Shown here piece after piece: positions 9,121-18,439 of a stretch of DNA of 64,000 nt. This stretch comes from an archaeon (lineage in GTDB: Archaea; Nanobdellota; Nanobdellia; Woesearchaeales; GW2011-AR15). A program made the translations under genes and the position numbers. The notes beneath the pieces were generated by a model, which was given only the letters and a program-made list of their open reading frames with translations, made no database searches and was not told the DNA's origin. The stretch spans positions 22,948 through 86,947 of the forward strand of contig JABHXU010000011.1 of assembly GCA_018657065.1 (NCBI GenBank), in the 5' to 3' direction. Positions within the stretch are counted from its first letter, which is position 1, and the number at the start of each line of letters is the position of its first letter.

Positions 9121-9816
9121 ATGGAAGTTCCTAAACACCTAGGCATAATTATGGACGGAAACAGACGATTTGCGCGTCGTTTAGTAGCTAAACCTTGGAA
9201 AGGCCATGAATGGGGAACAAAAAAACTTGAAAAAGTTTTTGAATGGTGTCAGGAATATAAAATCAAGGAACTAACTCTATACACTTTCTCAATTCAAAAC
9301 TTTGACAGACCTAAAGAAGAATTTAATTATTTAATGGATTTATTTGCAAGAAACTTTGATATTTTAAAAGACGACAAAAGAATTTATGATAATAATATAA
9401 AAATAAATGTTATTGGTAGATTGTGGATGTTTCCAGAAAATATTCAAAAAAAAATCCAAGAAATTATGGACAGAACGAAAAATCATAAAAAACATATTAT
9501 TAATTTTGCTATGGCGTATGGGGGAAGAGAAGAAGTTATTGATGCTGCAACAAAAATAGCAAAAGCTGTTAAGGAAGGTAAATTAGATATTAAAGATATA
9601 AATGAAGAAGTTTTTAAAAATAATTTATATTTAAAAGATGAACCTGAATTAATTATTAGAACTGGTGGAGAACAAAGAACTAGTAATTTTTTAGCGTTTC
9701 AAGGAGTTTATTCTGAATATTTATTTGTTGATAAAATGTGGCCTGAATTTGAAAAAAAAGATTTTATTAATTGCTTAGAAGAATACACAAATAGAAAAAG
9801 AAGATTTGGAAAATAA
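9121..9816 (+). CDS. uppS: cis-Prenyltransferase (undecaprenyl/di-trans,poly-cis-polyprenyl diphosphate synthase)
   Basis: HLGIIMDGNRRFAR, YTFSIQNF and IRTGGEQRTSNFL signatures. Confidence 0.92.
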   Translation: MEVPKHLGIIMDGNRRFARRLVAKPWKGHEWGTKKLEKVFEWCQEYKIKELTLYTFSIQNFDRPKEEFNYLMDLFARNFDILKDDKRIYDNNIKINVIGRLWMFPENIQKKIQEIMDRTKNHKKHIINFAMAYGGREEVIDAATKIAKAVKEGKLDIKDINEEVFKNNLYLKDEPELIIRTGGEQRTSNFLAFQGVYSEYLFVDKMWPEFEKKDFINCLEEYTNRKRRFGK

Positions 9817-9832
9817 AAATTTAAAAAAAATT

Positions 9833-10360
9833 CTAAGATACTGTTGCTCTTATTGTTCCTGTAACTGTTTGATTTATTTTACTTCCTACTGGCCAAACAT
9901 GTAGTGTTATAAGTCCATTAATTTTTCGTCCTGAAGGAACTTGTATATCACAATTATTTAAAGATACAACATCACTAATAACTCCATTAACTAATATGCC
10001 GTTTCCTGCATCAAATTCTCCAGCACCAGTATAAAGATTATCTCCATCTATATCTAATGCCCCATATTGGCCTGGATCACAATTCCAAATTCCAATATCA
10101 TTTCCTTCTCCTTCAATATCAACAACAAATGCTTGAATATTTTTGGATAAAATATTTTTTAACTCTAATTGTACATTAGAACTTCCAACATTATAATTTT
10201 CACAACTTAATGCATTTGAAATATCACATTTATCAGGAAGAAGTCTACCTAAATCAATGACTCCAAATCCAATCAATGCTCCAATAGCTAACATAACAAT
10301 AAAAATTGTAACTCCGTATATCATTAAGGTTTCAACAGCAGCTTGTGCTCTTTTATTCAT
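9833..10360 (-). CDS. Archaeal type IV pilin-like protein (class III signal peptide)
   Basis: The N-terminus MNKRA/QAAVETLMIYGVTIFIVMLAIGALIG fits the prepilin consensus: basic residues, then [GA], Gln at +1, Glu at +5, then a hydrophobic helix. The body is beta-rich with paired Cys. The gene overlaps its upstream neighbour by 4 nt. Confidence 0.75.
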   Translation of the reverse strand: MNKRAQAAVETLMIYGVTIFIVMLAIGALIGFGVIDLGRLLPDKCDISNALSCENYNVGSSNVQLELKNILSKNIQAFVVDIEGEGNDIGIWNCDPGQYGALDIDGDNLYTGAGEFDAGNGILVNGVISDVVSLNNCDIQVPSGRKINGLITLHVWPVGSKINQTVTGTIRATVS

Positions 10361-11097
10361 TTTTTATCTACCTCTTTCATTCTTTTACTAATATCAGATA
10401 ATTCACTAACATTTTCTGTAAAAGCTGGCAAAACTTTTGAAAAAACACGTTCCATAGCTTTAATTTCTGAACCTACTTCCATAATGTGTCTATCGTACTC
10501 TCCTACTTTTCCAACTATAGCTTTTTGTAAATCTGAAAAACTTTCTTTTAAATGATCTATTTTTACTTCCATTTCTGAAATCCTAGATTCGACTTTATTT
10601 TTCCATTTTACAATTTTACTTACATCTCTAAGTAATTCTTCCCATTTTTCTTCAATTATTGTCTCAACTAATTCTTCAATTTTAACTTGGTTTTCTCCGA
10701 ATATATCCCTTACAGAAGGTTGAGGAGATGATGTTGATTCTACTTGACTTGTTTGAAAATTATTTGTTGGTGTACTTGAATCAAATTGCATAGTTTGCAT
10801 TCCGTCTTGAGCTGGTTGCACAGGTGCTGCTGCAGGAACAGCTGCTTGTTGAGGTTGTTCAGGTTGTCCTACTGGAGGTGTTGAAAATAAATCTGAACCT
10901 CCTGTTGTAGCTTGAACAGGTGCATTTGTTACAGGTTGTAATCCTTCAACTGCAACTTTTGTATCTACTTGATTCATAGCATCAAATATTTGAGTATTTG
11001 AATATCCATTTCTTTGCATATTTTGGATTATTTGATTATTTGAAAGGCCTTGTTGCCTCATTTGAATAATCTCATTTATAGGGTTTCCTTGTGCCAT
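10357..11097 (-). CDS. Pilus-locus protein: small helical N-domain, P/Q-rich linker, C-terminal coiled coil
   Basis: The N-terminus IIQMRQQGLSNNQIIQNMQRNGYSNTQIFDAM carries the R..G[LI]....I...[LM]...G[YW]....I..A motif. The same motif occurs twice in the tail of the 61551-64000 protein. A PQQAAVPAAAPVQPAQ linker is followed by a heptad-rich C-terminus. Confidence 0.5.
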   Translation of the reverse strand: MAQGNPINEIIQMRQQGLSNNQIIQNMQRNGYSNTQIFDAMNQVDTKVAVEGLQPVTNAPVQATTGGSDLFSTPPVGQPEQPQQAAVPAAAPVQPAQDGMQTMQFDSSTPTNNFQTSQVESTSSPQPSVRDIFGENQVKIEELVETIIEEKWEELLRDVSKIVKWKNKVESRISEMEVKIDHLKESFSDLQKAIVGKVGEYDRHIMEVGSEIKAMERVFSKVLPAFTENVSELSDISKRMKEVDKK

Positions 11098-11141
11098 TTT
11101 TTATCTTAATTTAAGATTATTAGAGTATAAATAACTTTCGT

Positions 11142-11603
11142 TCATCTCTTTAACAATTCTTCTGCTTGTTTTCTAGTTAAAAATTCTATAGGTTGCCATA
11201 ATTCAACATATTTTGATAAGGTTTGTAATTCTGATTTATTAACTGACATCTCAATTTCTGTTTCAAGTTTAACAATATTTTCATTTAACATAGAAACATC
11301 ATTTTTGATACCTGAAATTGTTTCATTTAATGTCCTAATTTCTAAAAATATGTCTTTAGCATCTTTAAGCATGTTTTGTTCAGTAAATTGAGTTTTTTTT
11401 CGTAGACCTGAATATCTTTCTTCAAGTAATCTTAATCGTCTCATAATTTCTTCAAACTGATTAGAAACTGGCTTAGGCATAACCATTGCAGCTTCTTCCT
11501 TCTTAGAAATAGGTTTAGGAATACTTTTTTCATCCTTTTTTGGCTCAATTCCATTTGGAACTGGTTTTTTTTCTTCTACAGGTGGTTTTTTTAGAAAGCT
11601 CAT
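11142..11603 (-). CDS. Pilus-locus coiled-coil protein
   Basis: 153-aa ORF with a Lys/Pro-rich N-terminus and a long heptad-like helix. It is the first gene of the minus-strand pilin operon and is divergent from the ATPase gene. Confidence 0.45.
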   Translation of the reverse strand: MSFLKKPPVEEKKPVPNGIEPKKDEKSIPKPISKKEEAAMVMPKPVSNQFEEIMRRLRLLEERYSGLRKKTQFTEQNMLKDAKDIFLEIRTLNETISGIKNDVSMLNENIVKLETEIEMSVNKSELQTLSKYVELWQPIEFLTRKQAEELLKR

Positions 11604-11624
11604 TAGTAATTTTTTTAAAGTTGT

Positions 11625-13919
11625 TTGAATATTATAAATTTTTGTATGGATATAGAATTTTCAGTTGAACGGATAGGTGAAGACACAACTCTTAAATGTG
11701 ATTTCTCTAATTCATCCCATGTTCCGTCTATTGAAGATAGTGAATTTACCATGGCTAAAGTCATTGAAAGACTTGCAAAAAGCCACGGAGTAACAAAATT
11801 AGTCTTCTACCAAAAAAGAGAGTATGAATATGATTATCAACAAACTCTCTTAGTAAGTGAAATTGCATCAATATATAGAGATTTATCTAAAGAAGATAAA
11901 ATTTCTCTAGCAAATTTAAGTGCAGGAAGATGTAGTATTTATGCTGAATCTTGGTATAATAAATTAAAAAATATTATCTCTAATCTTTTATTAAAAGATC
12001 CTCTTGGCGCATATGTAGAATTAAAGAGACTTAGAAGACGACAAAAAATATTATTTGAAAAAAGTAACGATGAAAATGAAACTTTTTGCATATCACATTT
12101 TGTTTCTATTATTGATTATTTAGTCCAATTATTAGAAAACACTAAATTAATTATTATTTCTAAACCCTATTTGGCAGGCTATGAATTAGGAAACAGAATC
12201 ATATATCGTAGAATTTTCAACCCTACAATTAAACCAGATTTCATGTACACAAAACTTATGAGTGCTTATCCTAAAGATGGGGAAGAAATTGACAGTTATA
12301 CTGTTGGTGAAGACACTGAAATAACTGTTTTTAGATTAAATGAAAATGTGAAAACTCTCTATCATATAATGCCTCCTGAGTTCAAGTTATCTGAAGAAAA
12401 ATATGAATTATTAGATACTGCTAGAAATATAATGGCAGAACATAAACCTGCAAAAGCAGATTTTGTTGATCCTCAAAGAATGCGAGAAGTATTTTTTAAT
12501 GTTGGAAAAGATTTAATTGAAGAATTATCCTCATATAGAAAAGTAAGAATTAAAGAAAAAGAAATTCTTGAATTAACAAAAATTCTCGTCAGATATACTG
12601 TAGGTTTTGGATTAATTGAAGTCTTACTTCAAGATGAAGAAATTCAAGATATTTCTATTAATAGTCCTATGGGTAGAATTCAAATTTTTATTGTTCATGG
12701 TAAATATGATGATTGTGTAACAAATATTATTCCTACACCTCAAGAAGCTGAGTCTTGGGCATCTAAACTCAGAATGATTTCTGGAAGGCCATTAGACGAA
12801 GCTAATCCAATTTTAGATACAGAATTAGAACTCCCAGGTGTTTCTACTAGGGTTTCTGTAATTAATAAACCACTAAATCCTACAGGACTCGCTTTCTCAT
12901 TTAGAAGACATAGAGACAAACCTTGGACTCTTCCTTTATTTATGAATTATAAGATGATTAATCCACTTGCAGCCGGTCTCTTAAGTTTTTTAATTGATGG
13001 AACAAGAACATTTATGATTTGTGGAACAAGAAGTAGTGGAAAGTCCTCATTTTTATCTTCTGTAATTGTTGAAATTATGAGAAGATATAGAATAATTACT
13101 ATCGAAGATACTCTTGAATTGCCTGTTCCTCAACTTAGAAAATTAGGTTTTAATATTCAATCAATGAAAGTTGCTTCTTCACTTACTCAAACAGGTAGTG
13201 AGGTTGATGCTACAATTGGAATTAGAGCTACATTAAGGTTAGGAGATTCATCTTTAATCGTTGGTGAAGTAAGAAGTACTGAAGCTGTAGCTCTTTACGA
13301 AGCTATGAGGGTTGGAGCTGCTGCAAATGTAGTTGCAGGAACAATTCACGCAGATTCACCATATGGACTATATGATAGAGTTGTAAATGATATTGGTGTT
13401 CCTAAAACTAGTTTTAAAGCTACAGACATTATTGTTATTGCTTCCCCAATAAAATCTGCAGACGGGTTACACAAATATAGAAGAGTAACAAAAATTACTG
13501 AAGTTCAAAAACACTGGGAAGAAGATCCTTTACTTGAACACGGATTTATGGATTTAATGAAATATGATGCTCAAAAAGATGAACTTGTTCCTACTGCAGA
13601 TTTAATTAATGGTGAATCTGAAGTTCTAAAAACAATTGCAGGAAATATTTCAGATTATGCTGGAAATTGGGATGCTGTCTGGCAAGATATTTTAGTTCGT
13701 GCCAAATATAGAGAAACACTTGTTGAAGAAGCTGTTAAAAGAAATGATTTTGACATGTTAGAAGCACCATTTGTTATATTATGTAATGATATGTTTCACA
13801 TATTTAATGAGAAAGTTAAAAAAAGAACCGGTAAACTAGATCATAAATTAATTTATCAAGAGTGGGAAAACTGGTTTAAACAAGAATTAACAAAAAGAAA
13901 AATAAGAAAATCTGGTTAA
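11625..13919 (+). CDS. Type II/IV secretion-family ATPase (archaeal PilB/FlaI(ArlI)-like, T2SSE family) with a long N-terminal extension
   Basis: FSFRRH, Walker A GTRSSGKSS, Walker B/Asp box SSLIVGEVRSTEA and His box AGTIHADSP. The listed start is TTG; an ATG lies at 11646. Confidence 0.88.
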   Translation: MNIINFCMDIEFSVERIGEDTTLKCDFSNSSHVPSIEDSEFTMAKVIERLAKSHGVTKLVFYQKREYEYDYQQTLLVSEIASIYRDLSKEDKISLANLSAGRCSIYAESWYNKLKNIISNLLLKDPLGAYVELKRLRRRQKILFEKSNDENETFCISHFVSIIDYLVQLLENTKLIIISKPYLAGYELGNRIIYRRIFNPTIKPDFMYTKLMSAYPKDGEEIDSYTVGEDTEITVFRLNENVKTLYHIMPPEFKLSEEKYELLDTARNIMAEHKPAKADFVDPQRMREVFFNVGKDLIEELSSYRKVRIKEKEILELTKILVRYTVGFGLIEVLLQDEEIQDISINSPMGRIQIFIVHGKYDDCVTNIIPTPQEAESWASKLRMISGRPLDEANPILDTELELPGVSTRVSVINKPLNPTGLAFSFRRHRDKPWTLPLFMNYKMINPLAAGLLSFLIDGTRTFMICGTRSSGKSSFLSSVIVEIMRRYRIITIEDTLELPVPQLRKLGFNIQSMKVASSLTQTGSEVDATIGIRATLRLGDSSLIVGEVRSTEAVALYEAMRVGAAANVVAGTIHADSPYGLYDRVVNDIGVPKTSFKATDIIVIASPIKSADGLHKYRRVTKITEVQKHWEEDPLLEHGFMDLMKYDAQKDELVPTADLINGESEVLKTIAGNISDYAGNWDAVWQDILVRAKYRETLVEEAVKRNDFDMLEAPFVILCNDMFHIFNEKVKKRTGKLDHKLIYQEWENWFKQELTKRKIRKSG

Positions 13920-13924
13920 TTTAT

Positions 13925-16900
13925 TTACGGACAATCATTTGGACAAGTACATTCTGTTTCATAACTATCACAAACACTATCGCCACAATTTGAACAAACA
14001 TAAGTCCATTCTGTGAGTCCAGCATCATTACAATCCACATCATATGTTTCTGCAGGTTTAATTGCTGTTAAGTCTTCACAACATTCCTTATCAATATTTG
14101 GGTCCTCAGTTCCTAAGTATGGTGATTTTTCATCGTTTCCAACTTCAATACATTCTGTTGGAGCTGGTGGATCAACACATTCTCCTAATTCACAAATTTG
14201 AGGATCTGTACATGGATTTGTTGTATCATCACAAGGTTCTTCAACACATCTTCCTACTTCACATACAAGTGGCTCGGTACATGGATTAGTTGCATCACAT
14301 TCAGGGTCACTACAAACATTTTCAATACAAATTTTATCCGAAGAACAATCTCCATTATCTACACATTCAACACAATTTCCTTCTGTACAAATTAAGTCAT
14401 CAGTACATGCTGGATCACATGGACTTGAACAATCTTCAGGACAGTTACATTCACTTTCCCAATCTTCACATACATTATTTCCACAACTTGAACAAATATA
14501 TGTTATATTTTCTGTTTCAGTTTGTTCACATGAATCATCAAAAATATCTGTAGGTAAAAGAGTATCCAATCCTTCACAACATTCTTTGTCTTTGTTAGGA
14601 TCATCATCACCTAAATCTGGTGTTTTTTCATCTTGTCCTTCAGAAATACACATATCATCTGAAACACATTTTCCATCAATACAACTTGATCCATCTGAAC
14701 AGTCTGATGAATTATTACACCCACTTATACAAGCAGCCCAGAAATTACCATATTCTCCGCCTCTACTACAACAATTGGCAGAATCTCCTCCACATTCTTC
14801 AACTGTTCCACATTTCATAAACCATGGATCTGGCGCACATACTAATAATCCATAGTAATTTTCACCATCAATTTCTTCTTCTAAACAAGCTGCTCCTTCA
14901 TCTATAGTTCCGTCACTTTCAACACATTCAAAATCAGTTTCAAGATCTTTTACATCAAAGCCTTCACTTAATCCTTTATAGATATAGTTTGTGCCTGCAT
15001 TTGAAAAAGTAGTTTTTGTTGATCCAAGCTCAGCCCCTTCACAAGTTTGATATGTAGCTACAAAATTTCCCTTACCTACTTGTTTTCCAAGATTTTGAAA
15101 CAAAATTCTACTATCTGTACAAATTCCAGAACTAAATCCTCCACCTCCACTAGATCCAGAACATGAATCTATTGGATTCTCATTTTTTGATACTTGATTA
15201 AATAAATCTGTTCCAACACAATTATTCGAACACATCTCTTTTGACCATGAATAATCACTTAATTCACTATATCCCTCTCCTACATGGAATGGAATAATAG
15301 CTAATACTCTTTGATCATTTGTCCATTTTTCATATGCTCTAGTTACATCATCAACATAATCGTCAACATTAAAACTTGGTAATTCTTTATACACTTCATA
15401 TGGATGAGGTGCCCAAGCCATTTCAGTAATCAAAATTTTTCCTTCACATAAATCTTGAGCTGGACATTCTTCTGGATTTCTTTGGATTCCTGCAATATTA
15501 GGACATAAATCAAAATCATCTTCATCACAAGGATACCCTTCTCCATCAGAATCATCATCTCTTTGCAAAGGATTAGGATAATTAACACAATTGTCACAAG
15601 CATCTCCAACATCATCTTGATCTTCATCATTTTGATTTGGATTAACTATTGATGGACAATTATCAACAATACAATCTCCTGTTCCTAGTTCTGATTGTTT
15701 ACATATTTTTGAAGCTGGAAAATCTGAAACACTATCTCCATCAATATCTTCACAATCATCTCCAATATCATTATGATCTCTATCTCTCTGATCATAATTT
15801 GCAATATTTACACAATTATCACAGACATCTGGCATACCATCTTCATCTGTATCTGTTTCATCTGTAACAACTTGATTTGATCCAGGACATAAATCTTCTG
15901 AATCCATGATTCCATCTCCATCTGAGTCATCACAAACGTCTCCTTTACCGTCTCCAGTCCAAGCATCCCAATCTTCTTGAAGTGGATTGGCATCATTAGG
16001 ACAATTATCTTCATAATCAATTACACCATCTGCATCTGCATCTGTTACATCAGGTGCAGTACATTTTAAATCTTGAAGATCTGTACAATAAGAAGAAACT
16101 TTAGCAAACCTAGCTTCATATGCTTGCGCTCCAAAAGGATCGTCTCCCCCTGGATAAGTCATATCATCTGGATCTGGATAAGTATGATCTGCATAAAGAT
16201 CTAAATAATTACAAATCTCATTATTATTATATGAATATATTGTTTCAATAAATTCATCAGGATGTACTTCAGTTATTTTTTCAAAACAATAAGTGTTGAA
16301 TGTATCTAAGATTCTTGTTCTTATATTTTTGGCAACTGTAAATGCTTTAGAATTATCTGATGCTTTGTTTTTATCAGGAATACTATCAACATTACAATAA
16401 GTGCTTGGATCTAGTTCTAATAAATGATCTATATCAATATCTTCAAACACATATCTATAGTCAAATCCTAGATAAAATGATAACCAACTTTTCATTTCCA
16501 TAAAAAATGGTTTTTCTACTCTTAAACAATCCAAATATGCTTCTTCTTTGTCAGTTATATCATGAGTTCCTGGTGTTGGTCCACAAATTTTATCATCTTG
16601 TACCGTACATGTAGAATCACAACACCCAGGACAATAATCTTTCCCTTTGTCATTCAATGCACTTCCATCAAAACAAAGACCATAATCTCCATGATCTGGC
16701 ACTTCAGGTAATTCTTCAGCTGTGCAATAATTATTATCATCAACTAAATAATTATACATTTCATAAAGGGCATCACAACTTTTCTTCATGAAAAATCCGT
16801 CACCCCAATCTTCAATTTTATAAGTAAAAGCTTCATCATGATATTCTTTAGAAGATGCCGGAGTTAATCTACATTCTTTCATTCCTAAAGTTGGTGCTAA

Positions 16901-18415
16901 TCCTGCAGGAAGCAATTTAATTGATCCTGAATGATCTACACCTGAAAAACTATCAAGTTCTTCTTTTACTGCTTTTCCTACTTCTACATAATATTTTGCA
17001 TATTCAATTATTTCATAATTTGTTAAAGAAATATTATGCCATTCAACTGCTAAATTTGGTTCATCTCCTATTTCTATATATATAGGCCATTGAGGTTTAT
17101 CTTTATGAATTTTATCAAGTAAACTTAAAATGTACCAAACAGGTGTTTCATCTGTTGATGAATCTCCATAATCATAAGACGGTAGTGCTCCACCATCTTC
17201 ATTTTCACCATAATAACAATCTAATGAATAGGAATCACATGATGAATCTTCTCCAATATATTCTTCATGTTTACAAAATGATTTTGCATTATTACAGATA
17301 CCTGGATGTGTCCAATACTCTGTAACTCTATTTTCTTTAGGAGGTAATACTTCTCTTAAATTAATTATTGGAGTCAATTCCATATCATATAATTTATCAA
17401 AAATTTCTTTGTAAAAATCTAATTCATTATCGGTAAATGCTTCATTATGAACAACTACTTTAACAAATCCACATGCACCTGAAAAATTATATGCACAATT
17501 AAGATTTTTATCAACTCTACCGACAACACCAGTTTCAACAAGTTCATCCCACATAACTTGCATACCATATTTATTAGCCCCATGACAAGTTGCTCCCCAT
17601 TCAGACAGATGAGTTGTTGCTGCAATAACTTTATTTTTTTCAACATCTGCAGAGCTAGGTAATGTTTCCCAGTGATCATTATCTAAAAATACTATTTTAA
17701 ATGCTTGCTCTTTTGCTAAATGTGAAACATGTTCATCTTCATATCTAATAGTTAAAAATGCATTTGGACTAAATGTAACGTGTGGACTAAATTCATACTT
17801 TACTCTTCCTAGAATTGCTGGATCATCTGGACACATTTCTTTTAAGTATAAACTTATCTTATTTCCACCTTCAACAGTTGTGCCTTTAGGAATTTTAAGT
17901 TCCAAATCTAAATCTGATGAAATTAAAGATTGTTCTCTTTGAAGAACTCCATCACTCAAATCTAAAGACAATGTTTTAGTTCTTGGCAATTTGAAAGTTC
18001 TATCAAAAAATTCAATTCTAGTGTCTTTTTTCAAGATAATTGGATAGTAAACATAGGCATAAATCTCATCATCTCTTATCTCAACTTCAACTTCGTCTGG
18101 CTTATCTTCTGCTGTAACAATATATTTTTGTTCTTCAAAATTAGAAAAATTCATACACCCATATATTTCAGACTCTATGTTTTGTTTAAATGGTTTTGAA
18201 TCACATATACCTTCTTCATCTATTGTTCGTAGAACAATTGAATAAATACAATCATCCATTGATTTTTCTAGATAATCAGATGAAAACTCGAGTAAAGGAG
18301 GTTTATTATTGACTATATTATCTATAGGATTTTGACTTATATAAATAAGACTTCCTACTAGTGCTACTAATACCAAACCGAGAATAACATATACAGTAAT
18401 TTGAGATTTTGCCAT
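13925..18415 (-). CDS. Giant (1496 aa) cysteine-rich surface protein: pilin-like N-terminus, ZU5-like module, GH clan-A-like motifs interrupted by thrombospondin type-3 repeats, duplicated Cys-knot C-terminus
   Basis: Uninterrupted 4.5-kb ORF. N-terminus MAKSQITVYVILGLVLVALVG; the ZU5-like module ends in THLSEW. GH-A-like motifs are VVHNEAF, IEIGDEPNL, ADHTYP and ILITEMAW. Residues ~788-975 hold D.D.DG..D..DNCP...NP.Q.D repeats. The C-terminus has two copies of a ~75-aa Cys-rich module. Confidence 0.85.
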   Translation of the reverse strand: MAKSQITVYVILGLVLVALVGSLIYISQNPIDNIVNNKPPLLEFSSDYLEKSMDDCIYSIVLRTIDEEGICDSKPFKQNIESEIYGCMNFSNFEEQKYIVTAEDKPDEVEVEIRDDEIYAYVYYPIILKKDTRIEFFDRTFKLPRTKTLSLDLSDGVLQREQSLISSDLDLELKIPKGTTVEGGNKISLYLKEMCPDDPAILGRVKYEFSPHVTFSPNAFLTIRYEDEHVSHLAKEQAFKIVFLDNDHWETLPSSADVEKNKVIAATTHLSEWGATCHGANKYGMQVMWDELVETGVVGRVDKNLNCAYNFSGACGFVKVVVHNEAFTDNELDFYKEIFDKLYDMELTPIINLREVLPPKENRVTEYWTHPGICNNAKSFCKHEEYIGEDSSCDSYSLDCYYGENEDGGALPSYDYGDSSTDETPVWYILSLLDKIHKDKPQWPIYIEIGDEPNLAVEWHNISLTNYEIIEYAKYYVEVGKAVKEELDSFSGVDHSGSIKLLPAGLAPTLGMKECRLTPASSKEYHDEAFTYKIEDWGDGFFMKKSCDALYEMYNYLVDDNNYCTAEELPEVPDHGDYGLCFDGSALNDKGKDYCPGCCDSTCTVQDDKICGPTPGTHDITDKEEAYLDCLRVEKPFFMEMKSWLSFYLGFDYRYVFEDIDIDHLLELDPSTYCNVDSIPDKNKASDNSKAFTVAKNIRTRILDTFNTYCFEKITEVHPDEFIETIYSYNNNEICNYLDLYADHTYPDPDDMTYPGGDDPFGAQAYEARFAKVSSYCTDLQDLKCTAPDVTDADADGVIDYEDNCPNDANPLQEDWDAWTGDGKGDVCDDSDGDGIMDSEDLCPGSNQVVTDETDTDEDGMPDVCDNCVNIANYDQRDRDHNDIGDDCEDIDGDSVSDFPASKICKQSELGTGDCIVDNCPSIVNPNQNDEDQDDVGDACDNCVNYPNPLQRDDDSDGEGYPCDEDDFDLCPNIAGIQRNPEECPAQDLCEGKILITEMAWAPHPYEVYKELPSFNVDDYVDDVTRAYEKWTNDQRVLAIIPFHVGEGYSELSDYSWSKEMCSNNCVGTDLFNQVSKNENPIDSCSGSSGGGGFSSGICTDSRILFQNLGKQVGKGNFVATYQTCEGAELGSTKTTFSNAGTNYIYKGLSEGFDVKDLETDFECVESDGTIDEGAACLEEEIDGENYYGLLVCAPDPWFMKCGTVEECGGDSANCCSRGGEYGNFWAACISGCNNSSDCSDGSSCIDGKCVSDDMCISEGQDEKTPDLGDDDPNKDKECCEGLDTLLPTDIFDDSCEQTETENITYICSSCGNNVCEDWESECNCPEDCSSPCDPACTDDLICTEGNCVECVDNGDCSSDKICIENVCSDPECDATNPCTEPLVCEVGRCVEEPCDDTTNPCTDPQICELGECVDPPAPTECIEVGNDEKSPYLGTEDPNIDKECCEDLTAIKPAETYDVDCNDAGLTEWTYVCSNCGDSVCDSYETECTCPNDCP
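15491..16054 (-). repeat. Thrombospondin type-3-like Ca-binding repeat array (coding, within the 1496-aa protein)
   Basis: DADADGVIDYEDNCPNDANPLQED, DSDGDGIMDSEDLCP, DTDEDGMPDVCDNCVNIANYDQRDRD, DNCPSIVNPNQNDEDQDDVGDACDNCVNYPNPLQRDDDSDG. Confidence 0.75.
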
Positions 18416-18439
18416 TTTAGGTAATTTTAACGAATGATG

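Noticed and set aside
15491-16054. Eukaryotic contamination or chimeric assembly as the explanation for the thrombospondin-type repeats.
   Set aside because: The repeats lie in one uninterrupted prokaryote-style ORF. It has the same AT-rich codon usage as its neighbours and sits 24 nt downstream of an archaeal regulator gene in an operon. Bacterial TSP3-containing proteins are also known.
14013-17679. Many 60-90-aa ORFs on the opposite strand or off-frame inside the 1496-aa gene (14013, 14062, 14198, 14290, 14586, 14620, 15430, 15649, 15808, 17143, 17455).
   Set aside because: All lie wholly inside a 4.5-kb ORF that has recognisable domains. Their H/L/Y/N/M-rich or S/P-rich translations are what off-frame reading of Asp/Glu/Cys-rich codons produces. 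None has an RBS or a recognisable motif.
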